This document shows, piece by piece, positions 63,068 to 64,000 of a stretch of DNA of 64,000 nucleotides; within the stretch, counting starts at the first letter, position 1, and each line of letters begins with the position of its first letter. The stretch is from Patescibacteria group bacterium (lineage in GTDB: Bacteria; Patescibacteriota; Microgenomatia; UBA10105; UBA927), in assembly GCA_038062895.1 (NCBI GenBank), contig JBBTWJ010000005.1, forward strand, positions 131,715 through 195,714. Reading direction: 5' to 3'. Below the pieces are notes generated by a model, which worked only from the letters and a program-made list of their open reading frames with translations, was not told the origin of the DNA and did no database searches. The position numbers and the translations under genes were made by a program.

Positions 63068-64000
63068 TGCTTCAGAGTATCGTACTCCAAAACTTCCGAA
63101 GTTATAGTAAAAAAACGTTTGCGTTTTCTCCTACAACGACCGTCATTGTGGGTCCCAATACGGCCGGAAAAACAAATATTCTCGAGGCGATTGCGTTTCT
63201 TGCGACAGGGAAAAGTTTTCGGGCAGACCAGGATAGAGAGGCGATTAGGTGGGGGGAAGAGCTTGCGCGAGTACGCGCAAGAATTTCCAATTTCCAATTT
63301 CCAATTTCCAATGAAGAAAAAGATAAAGAAGAGCTAGAGATAGTTATTACGCAGGGGGAGGTGCAGGGGGCGAGGGCATCAGCCTTGACCGCCGTCAGGC
63401 GAGGCTGGCCGATGAAGAAATATCTGGTCAATGGAGTGGCGCGGCGGATGGTCGATTTTGTGGGAAATCTGCGGGCCGTTCTTTTTTGGCCGGAACATCT
63501 GGAGCTCGTCACCGATAGTCCGTCCATCCGACGGAAGTACCTCGACAGCGTCCTCGTCCAAGTAGACCGCGAATACCGGAGAAACCTCTCTTCCTACGAG
63601 CGGGGCCTGCGGCAGAGGAATCGGCTCCTTGACCTCATCAATGAAGGGAAGGCAGGGCGGGGGCAGCTTTTGTTTTGGAATCAGCTCCTGATTAAAGCAG
63701 GAGGGTATATCACCCAGAAGAGGGAAGAGTACATTCACTTCGTGAATCAATATCCAATGACCCTGCCTCGCCGGCAGGCAGGTAATGCCCAATATCAAAT
63801 TGAATATGATAAGAGTGTGATATCGGAGAGCCGGCTGGAGCAGTATAAGGATGAGGAGGTGGGGGCCAAAGCGACACTCGTTGGGCCGCACCGCGATGAT
63901 TTCATCATCGCGAAATATCCAATTATCCAATTATCTCCCGCGAAGCGGGATCTCGCTCCGCGAGACAATAATCCAAACGAAGCCAATAGGTCACGCGAGT
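63064..64000 (+). CDS. recF: DNA replication/repair protein RecF (3'-truncated; absent from ORF track)
   Basis: LQNFRSY, VGPNTAGKTNILEAI, GKSFR, AVLFWPEHLELV..PSIRRKYLD, TLVGPHRDD. Confidence 0.93.
   Translation, partial: MMLQSIVLQNFRSYSKKTFAFSPTTTVIVGPNTAGKTNILEAIAFLATGKSFRADQDREAIRWGEELARVRARISNFQFPISNEEKDKEELEIVITQGEVQGARASALTAVRRGWPMKKYLVNGVARRMVDFVGNLRAVLFWPEHLELVTDSPSIRRKYLDSVLVQVDREYRRNLSSYERGLRQRNRLLDLINEGKAGRGQLLFWNQLLIKAGGYITQKREEYIHFVNQYPMTLPRRQAGNAQYQIEYDKSVISESRLEQYKDEEVGAKATLVGPHRDDFIIAKYPIIQLSPAKRDLAPRDNNPNEANRSRE

Noticed and set aside
1-64000. Alternative genetic code (UGA recoding)
   Set aside because: Conserved genes end at TGA in expected places (nth, nrdR, trpS) and none is interrupted by in-frame TGA.

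Overview
64-kb chromosomal segment that looks like a Patescibacteria (CPR; Microgenomates-like) genome. This assignment is inferred from gene content (DUF4012, DUF5667, the CPR-type VirD4/HerA-like ATPase, archaeal-type PyrH/Cmk, a stand-alone 5'-3' exonuclease, many apparently leaderless genes); TGA is used as stop (code 11). Core genes: rplY, nth, epmA/efp, gapN, guaA plus three PRTases, nrdR-nrdJ-pduO, idi, xerC/D, divIC, a YbaK-TrpRS-OB fusion, ftsH, pyrH, recF. There are four tRNAs: Ile-UAU, Met-CAU, Trp-CCA and an atypical initiator-like Met interrupted by a 213-nt group I intron. A cobalamin riboswitch, a T-box attenuator and at least four TA pairs are also present. The most striking unexplained structure is a layer of very small mobile or selfish DNA. 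(1) A terminal-inverted-repeat element (CCAGGTAGT...ACTACCTGG) occurs three times, always directly in front of a start codon with an apparent (T/C)ATG duplication; one copy carries an intact GIY-YIG nuclease gene. (2) Gene termini are duplicated in synonymously recoded or diverged form around hairpins or cargo (guaA, glycosyltransferase, trpS, tRNA). (3) A wHTH/Cas2-like gene lies between two identical 32-bp palindromes. (4) An RNase H-like (DUF3800-like) gene faces a convergent ~65-nt promoter-driven RNA. (5) Many palindromic and low-complexity repeats sit in frame inside proteins. All calls were made by eye, without database searches.
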